64,000 nt of DNA from a virus. Below, in pieces: positions 9,905 to 19,732 of the stretch. The notes under the pieces are model-generated. The model had not been told where the DNA came from. It ran no database searches and saw only the letters and a program-made list of their open reading frames with translations. Location of the stretch: the IMG/VR virus record IMGVR_UViG_3300017917_003339, positions 1-64,000 of that record. One strand, written 5' to 3'. The position numbers and the translations under genes were made by a program. The number at the start of each line of letters is the position of its first letter. Positions within the stretch are counted from its first letter, which is position 1.

Positions 9905-10747
9905 TTAATTTTCTGTTTCTAAACGTTTAATAACGTCTTTAATGTTGATAAACGATATAATGATTTGTGGTAAGATTGAAACAGCTGCCACGAAATCAAA
10001 CAAATATCGATATGTTGAAAATACACTACCCACACTCACTGTATTAAATACTACGTAATATGTCAATAGCGCTGTCACTGTACCGTAGGCAATGAATTGA
10101 ATCAAGAAGAAAAACTTAGCATCCAAGTTAGATAACTTTATAGATAGCATTTGTCTACGTCTTAATAAATTGTTAACCAACGAAATTTTTCTATGGTTGA
10201 TTATCTCCGTTTGTTCTTCAGATATGTCGTTTGAAGCCTTGGTAATCTCAGCAATTTTTGGTGAGAAGTAATAACTTACAAACAAAGTCAAAGCACCGCT
10301 AATAATCAAAAAAGGAATCAATGTTGCATCCACTAACGATATGAAATAAATTGAACCCAACAAACCGAAAGCGGCATAAAGTATGCTAAGCATGTCTTTT
10401 TCAAAGAAACTAACAACGCTGGCCATAAGACTAAGTCTGGCGTTTATCTTGGTCGTTTCAACATTGTTGTCAAATTGATTGCTGGTTTCAATGGAAGCAA
10501 ATCGTCTGTATATCTTTGAGAAAACGATTGTATCGTAAATCCTACTCATGTAGTTGAACACCATGAGACCTAGGAAAGTAAGAAGCAAATAAATTACAAA
10601 CGAATAATCCTTAGCAATTAAGTGGTCGATTGACTCACCTAACACCTTAGGGTATATTAACATGAAAATTGATTGCATTGAAAATAAGAAATACGATAGT
10701 AAAATCTGTTTCCAGTTTTCTGTGAATATTGCTTTTAATTTGTCCAT
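9905..10747 (-). CDS. ABC transporter six-TM membrane domain protein
   Basis: Multiple TM helices; YDTIVFSKIY, SVGSVFSTYRY. Confidence 0.6.
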   Translation of the reverse strand: MDKLKAIFTENWKQILLSYFLFSMQSIFMLIYPKVLGESIDHLIAKDYSFVIYLLLTFLGLMVFNYMSRIYDTIVFSKIYRRFASIETSNQFDNNVETTKINARLSLMASVVSFFEKDMLSILYAAFGLLGSIYFISLVDATLIPFLIISGALTLFVSYYFSPKIAEITKASNDISEEQTEIINHRKISLVNNLLRRRQMLSIKLSNLDAKFFFLIQFIAYGTVTALLTYYVVFNTVSVGSVFSTYRYLFDFVAAVSILPQIIISFINIKDVIKRLETEN

Positions 10748-10769
10748 TTAAAACACTGTTATTGGTTAT

Positions 10770-11162
10770 CTAAAATATAAAAGAGAATAAAGCAAAACAA
10801 AAAACAAACATTAACATAAACAATAACAACAAATTTCCCTTGTGTATCTTAAGATAACCAGAATATGCGTTTTTATCAGCCAACAACGAACCGTATATTC
10901 TCTTGGTTGCTGAACCAATCAGCTCTTTGGTAATTGGACCATGAGCATTTATGGCTTGTTTCAAGGCACCGCTGATTCTTTTGGTTTCAAGCGTTTTGTC
11001 TTTTTTTAATTTATCAATGGTTGCTAGATTGGCCTTCTCGTAATCTTCAACTATCGACATCAACTGGTCTATGTCTTTCTCAGTTAGTTTGTTTTTTGGA
11101 AAATTATTTGATAATTTGTTTCTTAATTTTCCGTTTCTTGTTTTTAAAATATTAAACTTCAT
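10770..11162 (-). CDS. Hypothetical protein with C-terminal TM helix
   Basis: ORF on coding strand with hydrophobic C-terminus. Confidence 0.55.
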   Translation of the reverse strand: MKFNILKTRNGKLRNKLSNNFPKNKLTEKDIDQLMSIVEDYEKANLATIDKLKKDKTLETKRISGALKQAINAHGPITKELIGSATKRIYGSLLADKNAYSGYLKIHKGNLLLLFMLMFVFCFALFSFIF

Positions 11163-11227
11163 TCATTAAACAGTGCAAAAATACATCTTATATTTGAGTT
11201 ATGCAACTCTTTTAATAAATATTTTTA

Positions 11228-11815
11228 TTATTCCAAAAGTTGTCTACTTTGTGCTTCATAAAGTGCAGCAAGACTTTGTTTGGCATCGTCACCCACGTTG
11301 TCTAATAAACCACTATCTATCCATTTTCTTAGAATTTCTTGTCTATCTGGGTTTCTAGGTTTTGCTATGGTTATGTTTGGATTTTCATCCACTGGGTCAG
11401 CCGCTAATATGTAGTTTGGTGTTGGGTGGTCTAGTTCCCCATATTGATGGTCCAAGTGGAACAAATGACCAGTTGGTCCTTTTAGTGGTTGTACCGCCAC
11501 TAAATCTTGCCCTACAGTAGCTGCCATAACTCTTCTAACAATAGGCATAGCGAAATTGTAATCAATGCTATTGCTTTTCCAATAGAACTTTAAACAGTAA
11601 TCTGGTTTTTGTGATTTAGCCCAATCGTGTATAAGCCATTTGGTTCTAGTAAAAGAATAACCAAATAGTGTGACAAGTTCTTCAATTAGCTTTTTAGCGT
11701 CGGTAGGTACCTTCCATTGTCTTTCATCATCAAACGCATATATACCAGCGTTTCCAATTTCGCTTTTGTCTAAATAATAATTTTCCGTTAGATAACTGAC
11801 TATGTATTTTTTCAT
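11228..11815 (-). CDS. Protein containing T4 gp23-like major-capsid N-terminal segments
   Basis: AMPIVRRVMAATVGQDLVAVQPLKGPTGHLFHLD and KWIDSGLLD...LAALYEAQSRQLL. Confidence 0.6.
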   Translation of the reverse strand: MKKYIVSYLTENYYLDKSEIGNAGIYAFDDERQWKVPTDAKKLIEELVTLFGYSFTRTKWLIHDWAKSQKPDYCLKFYWKSNSIDYNFAMPIVRRVMAATVGQDLVAVQPLKGPTGHLFHLDHQYGELDHPTPNYILAADPVDENPNITIAKPRNPDRQEILRKWIDSGLLDNVGDDAKQSLAALYEAQSRQLLE

Positions 11816-11852
11816 AGTCCAATTATACTAACGGAAAACTAAAATGTAAACC

Positions 11853-12359
11853 TTATTTTTTTGTTTTAGGTTTAAGAGTACATTGCAATTTTTTGCCTTC
11901 AAGTTTTGGAATAGATTCAGCCGAACCATGTTCTTCAACACTAACAATAAGCTTTAACATAAGTTCTTGACCCTTATCTACAAAAGCCATCTCACGACCT
12001 CTAAACTGCATGGTTAATTTAACCTTGTGTCCTTTGTCTAAGAACTCACAGATGTGTTTTGTTCTGTATGACAAATCGTTTTCAGAAGTGTTTGGTCCCA
12101 ATTTGATTTCTTTTACGTCAAGAGATTTTTGTTTAGGTTTTTTGCTTAGTTCGTAAACAAATTTCTCATAGTTCATAATTTTACAAACTGGTGGTTGAGC
12201 GTTTTCATTGATAAGAACCAAATCCAACTCTTGTTCATCAGCCATTTTCTGGGCTTCTCTAATGGATATGATTCCATGTTCACCAACACGCACTATTGGG
12301 TGTGTAATTTCAGAATTTAACTTGTGTTGTTTTTCTTTTTGCTTGTTTTTTTTGTTCAT
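11853..12359 (-). CDS. infC: Translation initiation factor IF-3
   Basis: LDLVLINENAQPPVCKIMNYEK, VKEIKLGP, FLDKGHKVK, FRGRE. Confidence 0.95.
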   Translation of the reverse strand: MNKKNKQKEKQHKLNSEITHPIVRVGEHGIISIREAQKMADEQELDLVLINENAQPPVCKIMNYEKFVYELSKKPKQKSLDVKEIKLGPNTSENDLSYRTKHICEFLDKGHKVKLTMQFRGREMAFVDKGQELMLKLIVSVEEHGSAESIPKLEGKKLQCTLKPKTKK

Positions 12360-12827
12360 CTAAATGTGTTTTCTCATAAATTCGATTAACTCTTCCATGG
12401 TATCAAATTGGTTGACACCGTAAAACTCACAGGTTACATCTATGTTACCTTTTTTCCAGAAACCATCTGGACATACCACCATAAGTTTTTTCTCTTTAGC
12501 ATGCAAGCCTAATTCAAGCATACTAATTGGTGATAGAGTGTTTGGGTCATATACCATTACAATAATGTGAGACATTTCCATTGAGTTTAACTCCCAATTT
12601 ACTTGTTCAACAAAATTGGAATCTTCAATTGTTTGACCCCATGATGAATCCCAATCATCTCGTCTTGGGTTAAGAAATCTGATAGGTTTATCAGACAACG
12701 CGGCAATAAATTCTTTTTGCCATTCTTTTGCTTTGCCCATCTCGATGCTACCAGCCAAGAATACGTTGATGTATTCTTGGTCAATGGTAACAGGGTTTGG
12801 GGCTTGTACTTCAATTGCTTTTGGCAT
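12360..12827 (-). CDS. Nucleoside 2-deoxyribosyltransferase-like protein
   Basis: VFLAGSIEMG..WQ, NPRRDDWDSSW, EQVNWE, SPISMLELG. Confidence 0.85.
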   Translation of the reverse strand: MPKAIEVQAPNPVTIDQEYINVFLAGSIEMGKAKEWQKEFIAALSDKPIRFLNPRRDDWDSSWGQTIEDSNFVEQVNWELNSMEMSHIIVMVYDPNTLSPISMLELGLHAKEKKLMVVCPDGFWKKGNIDVTCEFYGVNQFDTMEELIEFMRKHI

Positions 12828-12831
12828 AAAT

Positions 12832-13035
12832 TTAGTTTAAACTGATATCTATGTCTATGGCTGCATCATTATCTTCGTCGTCATCGTTTCCAGAATCTTC
12901 GACGTTGGTAATATTCATCGATTCGATAATTTCATGTAATTCATCTAAAACATCTACGGATATTGAACCCGTTTCATTGTCATAGGTGATATTCACAATG
13001 TATTCACCTAAATCGATTGTTTTTTTAGTAACCAT
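12832..13035 (-). CDS. Small acidic hypothetical protein
   Basis: ORF in operon. Confidence 0.5.
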   Translation of the reverse strand: MVTKKTIDLGEYIVNITYDNETGSISVDVLDELHEIIESMNITNVEDSGNDDDEDNDAAIDIDISLN

Positions 13036-13064
13036 TTCTTTTTCATAGTTATCAAAATGTTATT

Positions 13065-14309
13065 TTATCCACCAGAAGACTCGCTTATGTCAAAGGATTC
13101 GTGAATCATTGGTTCTTCGCTAGAAAGCTTAAACGAAATGCTCTCACCGACAGATTTTTTGTTTTGGTTTCTACGACCATTTTCGTAATCATCCCAAGCC
13201 TTAGTTATGTTTTTAAGGAACTCAGAAGATTTCTTCTTAGGTCTAGTAACTTGTGTGCTTCCGAAACCATCATAAGCGTAAGCGTAGTTAACAAGGTCAG
13301 CATCTTCAATTTTAACCATGATGTTTTCTTTGAAACCAACTGGTTGACCGTCTTCCAATTCGTATGGCTCAACTTCAATTGTGTTGTAGTTAATAACTCT
13401 TACGATTTCACCAACACTCACATTGTCAACTTCTAATGAATAACCCACTGTGCCTTCGTTAAACATAGGTCTTGGGTGAACAGCAATGTTTGAAGCGATT
13501 TCAGTAAGCGTACCATCTTCCTCACGGATAGATACGTTATATTTACCTTTAAGCTTTTTAACGTTGAAGATTCCCTCGAACGCTGTTGGTGATTCTTCGT
13601 GAATGTTAACCTCATTCAACACCGCTTTAACAATATCCACTGTGATTGTTTCAAGACTAGAAATGAATTGAACACAATCGTTTGTGAATTGTTTGTGAAT
13701 CAAGATATCATCAATGATTTCTTTGATAATAGCTGGTTTCAAGTGGTCGAATGTTTTAAGATAACGAACACGACCTGGTCTTTGAATCATGTTAGATTCA
13801 ACTCTCAACTCATTGGTTGTCAACAAAAACACACGTCTGTACTCAGAGTTTGATGCACCATCCATGATTGTAAGCATGTTTGAAGCGTTTCCAAATGTCT
13901 TCTCGTACTCATCAATAAATATCGTGATATTTTGAGGAATACTATTTAAGAACGGAGGAAATTGTGGTTTATTTTCACCAACAATGATAATCGGCTGATT
14001 TAGCTGATTAGCGATTTGTTTTGATGTAACCGTTTTTCCAGTTCCTTTGAGACCATTTAACAAGATACCCAAGTTACCATGGTCAGTTGCGTTGTATGTT
14101 TTGAGAACACGTTTAATTAAATCGGATTCCAAACCATATAATTTGTAATCAAACGTAAAGTTGTCAGCAACCTTAGCCAAATATGGTCTTTCGAACATAT
14201 CCAAAGCTACTTTATAAATTACGTTTTCGAGTTTTTCAAACTCCTCTGATGGATAACCCAAATACAAGGCGTTACCATCGGCATTCCAGACTTTTTTTAC
14301 TTCAGCCAT
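13065..14309 (-). CDS. AAA+ ATPase
   Basis: GLKGTGKT Walker A, IFIDEYEK Walker B, RPGR finger. Confidence 0.88.
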   Translation of the reverse strand: MAEVKKVWNADGNALYLGYPSEEFEKLENVIYKVALDMFERPYLAKVADNFTFDYKLYGLESDLIKRVLKTYNATDHGNLGILLNGLKGTGKTVTSKQIANQLNQPIIIVGENKPQFPPFLNSIPQNITIFIDEYEKTFGNASNMLTIMDGASNSEYRRVFLLTTNELRVESNMIQRPGRVRYLKTFDHLKPAIIKEIIDDILIHKQFTNDCVQFISSLETITVDIVKAVLNEVNIHEESPTAFEGIFNVKKLKGKYNVSIREEDGTLTEIASNIAVHPRPMFNEGTVGYSLEVDNVSVGEIVRVINYNTIEVEPYELEDGQPVGFKENIMVKIEDADLVNYAYAYDGFGSTQVTRPKKKSSEFLKNITKAWDDYENGRRNQNKKSVGESISFKLSSEEPMIHESFDISESSGG

Positions 14310-14318
14310 ATATTAATT

Positions 14319-14543
14319 TTAAATTGTTACAAAATCAACGGTAAGACTACCGCCCATGTTAAAGAATTTACAAGGCTCAAGCCCATAATCCATTAACACA
14401 TTTTTTACTATTGTTTTCATTTCTGTCGAGTTGCCAGTGATAATTTCTGCTTGGTCGACTCCAAGTTTTATGCAATCCCAAACAAATGAATCTAACACGT
14501 CTGGAACTTCGCTATGTCTTAACCCGTGTAAATCTAGTTTCAT
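14319..14543 (-). CDS. Smr-domain protein
   Basis: LDLHG...IITGNS. Confidence 0.75.
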   Translation of the reverse strand: MKLDLHGLRHSEVPDVLDSFVWDCIKLGVDQAEIITGNSTEMKTIVKNVLMDYGLEPCKFFNMGGSLTVDFVTI

Positions 14544-14995
14544 TGTTCTATGATTTCTTTAATTTTGTCTAAACACTTAACTTGCGTATCGTGCAATATG
14601 TCTTTGGCTTCGTCAAGTGTTACCCACTTGTAACCATCCATTTCAGGAAAACCACCTCTGTCCTCTGGTACGTTTGAGTTGCATTTCAACTCAACAGCAT
14701 CCCAATCAAACTTTGAATTCTTGTTCTCATAAACCAAAAAAGGATAAAGCATCTTTTTCTTGTGTTTGTAGTTAACAGAGTTCAACGGATATATTGTGAA
14801 ATCGGTAGAACCGTTCAAGTCCAAGTTGGTTTCTTCGTAAGTTTCCCTAAACGCTGCTTCTAGGAAGATTTCATCATCTTCCACTTTACCCTTGGGAATA
14901 CTGTAAAAATTTTTTGGGTGGTTTGTTGGATGACAAACCAATAATGTCTTGTCTTTTTTGACAATAAACAACCCAGATGCAATCGTTTTACCCAT
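14540..14995 (-). CDS. Nudix hydrolase
   Basis: PKGKVEDDEIFLEAAFRETYEETNL Nudix box. Confidence 0.88.
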   Translation of the reverse strand: MGKTIASGLFIVKKDKTLLVCHPTNHPKNFYSIPKGKVEDDEIFLEAAFRETYEETNLDLNGSTDFTIYPLNSVNYKHKKKMLYPFLVYENKNSKFDWDAVELKCNSNVPEDRGGFPEMDGYKWVTLDEAKDILHDTQVKCLDKIKEIIEQ

Positions 14996-14997
14996 GA

Positions 14998-15363
14998 TTA
15001 AATAAGTTTAGAACCAACACTAAAGTAATCCAAACCAACTCGTGGTTTTTCAGCGTCATCATTTGTACCAACAACAATCATCGCTTCACTTACAATACCC
15101 ATCATAGTAACAGGTTCCAAGTTAACAATAAAAGGCATTGTCAAATCAAACAAAAATTCTGGTTCATGTGTTGAACCAATGTTTGTGACAACAGTTTTTT
15201 GGTCTTCTTCGTTAACCCCAAAAATAACTGTCAATTTAAGCAATTTACTGCTTTTTGGGACACGTTCAGCATGAATAATTTTACCAATGCGTATATCCAA
15301 CTTCTTCTCGATTTCCAAGAACTCTGAGAAGGGTATTTTATCCTTTGTTTTCATTAAAACCAA
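14998..15363 (-). CDS. tRNA-binding OB-fold protein (Trbp111/CsaA/MetG C-terminal-like)
   Basis: LDIRIGKII..ERVPKSSKLLKL, VNLEP..MMGIVSEAM. Confidence 0.85.
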   Translation of the reverse strand: MVLMKTKDKIPFSEFLEIEKKLDIRIGKIIHAERVPKSSKLLKLTVIFGVNEEDQKTVVTNIGSTHEPEFLFDLTMPFIVNLEPVTMMGIVSEAMIVVGTNDDAEKPRVGLDYFSVGSKLI

Positions 15364-15520
15364 AATTATTTTTTATTAACTCAATTTGTTTATTGTTTTC
15401 AGCAATCGCGTCATAAACTTCTGATGTACGAGTATGACCAACCATACGTCGTAAAATTAGATTTGATTGTTCTAAAGAAGCAATTACCCCCTCTAAAACG
15501 TGAATAGGTACTTTGTACAT
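15338..15520 (-). CDS. Hypothetical protein
   Basis: Short ORF coupled to neighbours. Confidence 0.45.
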   Translation of the reverse strand: MYKVPIHVLEGVIASLEQSNLILRRMVGHTRTSEVYDAIAENNKQIELIKNNFGFNENKG

Positions 15521-15939
15521 TATATAATAGAATTAGCTTTTAATATCATTTCTAAATGAAACCAATCAACATAAGGTCTTGACGATAACTCTTTGTTAAA
15601 AGCCAATGGAACACCAATAGCTATATCATCTATCAAGTATTGACCGTAGGCCTTTGGACTATCAGTCCACTCATGTTGGGTTGGGTTTGTGTTAATACCG
15701 TACAATGGAATGTCGTTCTTTGCAAACCAATCTACAGCTTCTTGTAAACAATCTCTTACCTCACCATCAGGGTGAATGTAAGGTCTGTGACTTCGCATTG
15801 TAAACAAAATCAGTTTGTGACCTTTAGCCACTAATTGTTTAAGGACTGGTACCGCACCTATGTCTTTACCAACGTATGGGAAGTCATGTGTTGTACACGT
15901 ACCGTCAAAATCAACTAATATTTCAAATGTTTTATTCAT
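15520..15939 (-). CDS. HAD-family hydrolase (BT0820-like)
   Basis: VDFDGT, LFTMR, YLIDD. Confidence 0.8.
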   Translation of the reverse strand: MNKTFEILVDFDGTCTTHDFPYVGKDIGAVPVLKQLVAKGHKLILFTMRSHRPYIHPDGEVRDCLQEAVDWFAKNDIPLYGINTNPTQHEWTDSPKAYGQYLIDDIAIGVPLAFNKELSSRPYVDWFHLEMILKANSII

Positions 15940-16001
15940 AATACAAAGATACTAAATTACTTTTAATGTTGCAATAAAAAAGTGGGATTTTTTATCCCAC
16001 T

Positions 16002-17588
16002 TTATATTTTAAATGTTGTAAACTCACCATCGACAAAGTTTATGTGTTGAGCCCTACCATCGTTGTGAATGATTACGTGTGATTGTAACCATGAACTTGG
16101 TCCTTGATTGTAGCCAACTCGAAGTTTGGTGGTGGTTCCTACAGCCATAGCACCGTCCTTACGACCTGGTGAATGATAGTGACCAACCACAATCTTAGTG
16201 TTCAATTTTCTGAACTGTAACAAAGAACCTCTACTACCGTTTGAACCCACATCACCATGCTGTCCTAACTCCCAACCCTTAACTCGATATGATGATGCTC
16301 TACCAAGTGTTTTGAACCTTGGGAACTTCTCGTTAATCAATGCTGGGATAACTCCTTTCACACTGTAAGGGTCTTTACCATATTGTTCAAGCAATATGTC
16401 AGAATACTTCATGTAAAGCCTTGAGTTTTTGAAAGTTGGTTGTTTTTTCCAATCCTCATTCTTAAGCCATCTGTCCAAGAAATCATCGTGGTTACTTCTT
16501 ACAATTACCACATTCTTAAATTTGTCAAATGGTTCAAGACCCATAAGCATTGCGTTAACTTCTTTCTCCAAGTCGTTGGTACCAGCAATTTCTTTACCAT
16601 ACTGAATGAAAGGGTCTTTCATTTGATGGTGGCTGATTGAATCACCATCGAATACGTCATGCAACACAACGTGTTCTGGTGTGACCTTGTCTAAGAATTC
16701 AAGTGTTTTATCTAACACTTCTTGGTCGTGGTGTCCGTAGTGTAAATCACCCAACACCGCAGCGGCCACTGAATTTATCTGGTGTATGCTACCATCTTCA
16801 ACTCGATAAATTAAATCAGTGAAGTTACCAGACTTGTCGTCAGCAGTTACTTGTCTTACAAAGAACGTTTCATCATCCTTGATTTCAACAACAGCAAAAC
16901 CAAATGTGTGGTGGAATTCACCAACTTTACCTGCCTTGGCATCTGTATAGTTCTTAACCGTTACAGCACCAGTTGTAAGCATGATTTTTGGCTTATTTCC
17001 GTCTAATACAGGAATCATTTCTAGCTGTACCTTCGGACTACCAAAGATACACGAGTTAACCCCGCTAATGGCTTGCATTCCAGTCATTGGATTTACAGCA
17101 GTTGGTTGTACTTTGATGTCAGACATAATTGACACGTACTTGTGAATGTCATGTCGGTTAGCATCTAAATAGGGTTCAACTTCTTTTTTCCAATGTTCTT
17201 CGTTTTTGTTATTGTTAGTCCAAATACTAGTTGGGTTTTTATAACGGCCAGCAATTATAAGAATCTCAGCATCAATAAATTCAGCATAAGCTTCCATATT
17301 GCGCAACAATTTCTTATGAACTGGAGTGTTATTTTGAGCCCAGCTTATAATGAACCTTTTCTTTTCAGAGTCGTGTTCTTTAGACTTGGCTTTAATGTAC
17401 TGTTCGGGTTCTACTTCTTGTTTTTCTTTAAACCCCAACTTTTCAGAACACCATTTACGGACTGTTCTTTCAGATTTACCGAAAAGCTTCATAAGAAGAA
17501 TCATTCGGTCATCCCATGGCAAATCTTTATTTAAATAAATGCTTCGGGCTTGTTCAATTTGTTCATTTGTAAGTTCTTTAAACTTCAT
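16002..17588 (-). CDS. Phage protein with N-terminal HTH and metallophosphoesterase domain
   Basis: SERTVRKW helix; GDLH, HDVFD, SNHD, HGD, GHYH. Confidence 0.75.
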   Translation of the reverse strand: MKFKELTNEQIEQARSIYLNKDLPWDDRMILLMKLFGKSERTVRKWCSEKLGFKEKQEVEPEQYIKAKSKEHDSEKKRFIISWAQNNTPVHKKLLRNMEAYAEFIDAEILIIAGRYKNPTSIWTNNNKNEEHWKKEVEPYLDANRHDIHKYVSIMSDIKVQPTAVNPMTGMQAISGVNSCIFGSPKVQLEMIPVLDGNKPKIMLTTGAVTVKNYTDAKAGKVGEFHHTFGFAVVEIKDDETFFVRQVTADDKSGNFTDLIYRVEDGSIHQINSVAAAVLGDLHYGHHDQEVLDKTLEFLDKVTPEHVVLHDVFDGDSISHHQMKDPFIQYGKEIAGTNDLEKEVNAMLMGLEPFDKFKNVVIVRSNHDDFLDRWLKNEDWKKQPTFKNSRLYMKYSDILLEQYGKDPYSVKGVIPALINEKFPRFKTLGRASSYRVKGWELGQHGDVGSNGSRGSLLQFRKLNTKIVVGHYHSPGRKDGAMAVGTTTKLRVGYNQGPSSWLQSHVIIHNDGRAQHINFVDGEFTTFKI

Positions 17589-17653
17589 TAAAAATTTTGT
17601 GTTATCAAAATGTTATTTTTACAAATATACTAACATATTTGCATATAAGCAAG

Positions 17654-18469
17654 TTAATCAGTGACTATCTCACTTTTTGGTATCAAAGACATGAGGTATT
17701 CTCGGTCTTGAGTGAAAACTGGTGTGTTATAATCTGGTAACCATTTACTACGTTGTACTGGTTCACCGTTTTGTCCTTCAATTGTTATCACATGTCTTTT
17801 AATGACAGTGCCTCGTTTATACTTTGGCGCATAGTCATTCCAATTAACACCCTTCTCTTGGAAAAGCATTTCTTGTTTTTCGTCACTAGACTTGTTCATT
17901 GTAGCTGAGTGACCCAACAACGCGTGTGCCGCCATACTAACGCTGTTACGAGTACAGTCTTGCTGGCGCCAGATAAAATAGTTGGCAACCTCTCTGATGT
18001 CTGGAATAACAAACACCCTTGAGTCGAATACCGCATCAATTTCTGGAAAATCACCAGTTACAAGCTTTTCGATTACTTCTTCTTTGGTGTATTTAAAACT
18101 CAATAAAAGTCTAAGCATCATTTTGTTAAACGAAGCTGTTATCTTTGAAGCTGAAATACTACATAGCTTCTGTACTTTACCATCAAATGGTAACTCAGAA
18201 TCAATGTTGTCAATTGTTGAAAACACAAGGCTGATTTCATCTGATTGAGTATAAGCAAAGGCTGGTACCATGTACTTACATAACTCGATTGTAGCAGCAT
18301 CCATTACGTTTGACAACAAGTCATCAAACGGCTTATTGAATTTTTTGGTATATTTGCTAAAACCCTTACCATCAAGTCGTATGATAACATACGACCTGTT
18401 TGGTATCTTAAGGTTATAACATGACTCGTATTCTTTCATACGGTCTGATAATGATTGAGTTTTTCCCAT
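17654..18469 (-). CDS. tRNA-His guanylyltransferase Thg1-like protein
   Basis: RLDGKGFSKYT, YTQSDEISL, FDSRV, WRQQDCTRNS, GVNWND. Confidence 0.93.
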   Translation of the reverse strand: MGKTQSLSDRMKEYESCYNLKIPNRSYVIIRLDGKGFSKYTKKFNKPFDDLLSNVMDAATIELCKYMVPAFAYTQSDEISLVFSTIDNIDSELPFDGKVQKLCSISASKITASFNKMMLRLLLSFKYTKEEVIEKLVTGDFPEIDAVFDSRVFVIPDIREVANYFIWRQQDCTRNSVSMAAHALLGHSATMNKSSDEKQEMLFQEKGVNWNDYAPKYKRGTVIKRHVITIEGQNGEPVQRSKWLPDYNTPVFTQDREYLMSLIPKSEIVTD

Positions 18470-18474
18470 TGTGT

Positions 18475-18750
18475 TTAAAAATTTTTTAAAATATCTTTAA
18501 TGATTTCCTCTCTTGTTATCACTCCATCTGAAATAAGTTTATTGTTAGCATTAACCTGAGCTTTAAGTAAAGTATCCATGTCTTCCATTTTGACAATAAA
18601 TTTACTTCCATTTCTTTGGTAAAAAATTTCTTTGGTTTTTAACTCTTCCTCAACAAGATTATATACTTTATTCATGTACTCGTCTGGAAGTGAAGTGTTA
18701 AAATCTTCACCTTTACTGTTTTTAAATCTAATTTTTTCTATTTTTCCCAT
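18475..18750 (-). CDS. Hypothetical protein
   Basis: ORF in operon. Confidence 0.5.
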   Translation of the reverse strand: MGKIEKIRFKNSKGEDFNTSLPDEYMNKVYNLVEEELKTKEIFYQRNGSKFIVKMEDMDTLLKAQVNANNKLISDGVITREEIIKDILKNF

Positions 18751-18762
18751 AATTATAATTTT

Positions 18763-19707
18763 TTAACCTCCACAACCACCGCAGCCACCGCATCCTGATG
18801 AACCACACCCTGATGAACCACACCCTGATGAACCACATCCTGATGAACTACTACTGCTGTCGCTACCGCACCCGAAAAAAGATGAGATTATCGTACAACC
18901 GCTGTCAGCCGAGCTAGATGAAGAATTAGATGAGGACCTAGATGATGAACTAGATGAGGACCTAGACGATGAACTAGATGAGGACCTAGACGATGAACTA
19001 TTGTATCTACTAGAAGTGTTATTGTATCTGTTGCTTCTAGAACTTCTAGTTAAATATCGATATATACCTCTGAATAAGAAGTAGAAACCAATAGAAATTA
19101 AAATAGCCCAGATAACGACTGATATCTCACCTTCTGAATCCGATGGTTTTGCTGATAAAAACAAAACCGCACCAAACAATGTAAACAAGATTGTCGCAAG
19201 GCTTAATGTGTGTTTTTGAACCTTTTCTTTGTTTAACACATAGTTATCGTGCATGCTCACACGTCTAAAGTTAATCTTACCAAATCTGATTTCGTGACTT
19301 GGCCAAATGTCTCTTGGTGCGTCATGGCCGAATTCGTTTCGATAAAATTCAAGCGTTTGTGAGTATTGGTCGTCGTATCTTTTTTTCTCTACAACACCAC
19401 CCTTGGTTGGACCGTGATGTAATCTAAACCCACCGAGAGTATTTTCACACATTTCTACCCAATATGAGTAGGAATAAACCAAGTGCAAATGCCATGCTTG
19501 GTCTACTTCATCTGATGGCGTCAAGGACTTTCCAGATACGACTGACATGTAGATGAATTTCTTGTATTCATCAACCACTCGTTTTGAAAACTCAATCGAC
19601 CATCCATTCTCTCTGGCAAGTCTGTCAGTAAAAGAGAATGACGCTTCTGGGTTATCTAAACTAAAGTTAGATAGTTTTTCCCACAATTCTAAATTTGTCT
19701 TTACCAT
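18763..19707 (-). CDS. Glycine-rich-domain membrane protein with Ser-rich linker and (SSGCG)n/GCGG tail
   Basis: RLARENGWS, PSDEVDQAWHLHL, LHHGP; two TM helices; Cys/Gly tail. Confidence 0.8.
   Translation of the reverse strand: MVKTNLELWEKLSNFSLDNPEASFSFTDRLARENGWSIEFSKRVVDEYKKFIYMSVVSGKSLTPSDEVDQAWHLHLVYSYSYWVEMCENTLGGFRLHHGPTKGGVVEKKRYDDQYSQTLEFYRNEFGHDAPRDIWPSHEIRFGKINFRRVSMHDNYVLNKEKVQKHTLSLATILFTLFGAVLFLSAKPSDSEGEISVVIWAILISIGFYFLFRGIYRYLTRSSRSNRYNNTSSRYNSSSSRSSSSSSSRSSSSSSSRSSSNSSSSSADSGCTIISSFFGCGSDSSSSSSGCGSSGCGSSGCGSSGCGGCGGCGG
18764..18998. repeat. Coding tandem repeats (15-bp GATGAACCACAYCCT-type and 21-bp GATGAACTAGATGAGGACCTA-type)
   Basis: About three copies of each, encoding SSGCG and RSSSSSS. 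Confidence 0.8.
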
Positions 19708-19732
19708 ATTTTAATTTTTACAAATATACTGA

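Noticed and set aside
18764-18998. CRISPR-like repeat array
   Set aside because: Repeats are in-frame coding tandem repeats without unique spacers.
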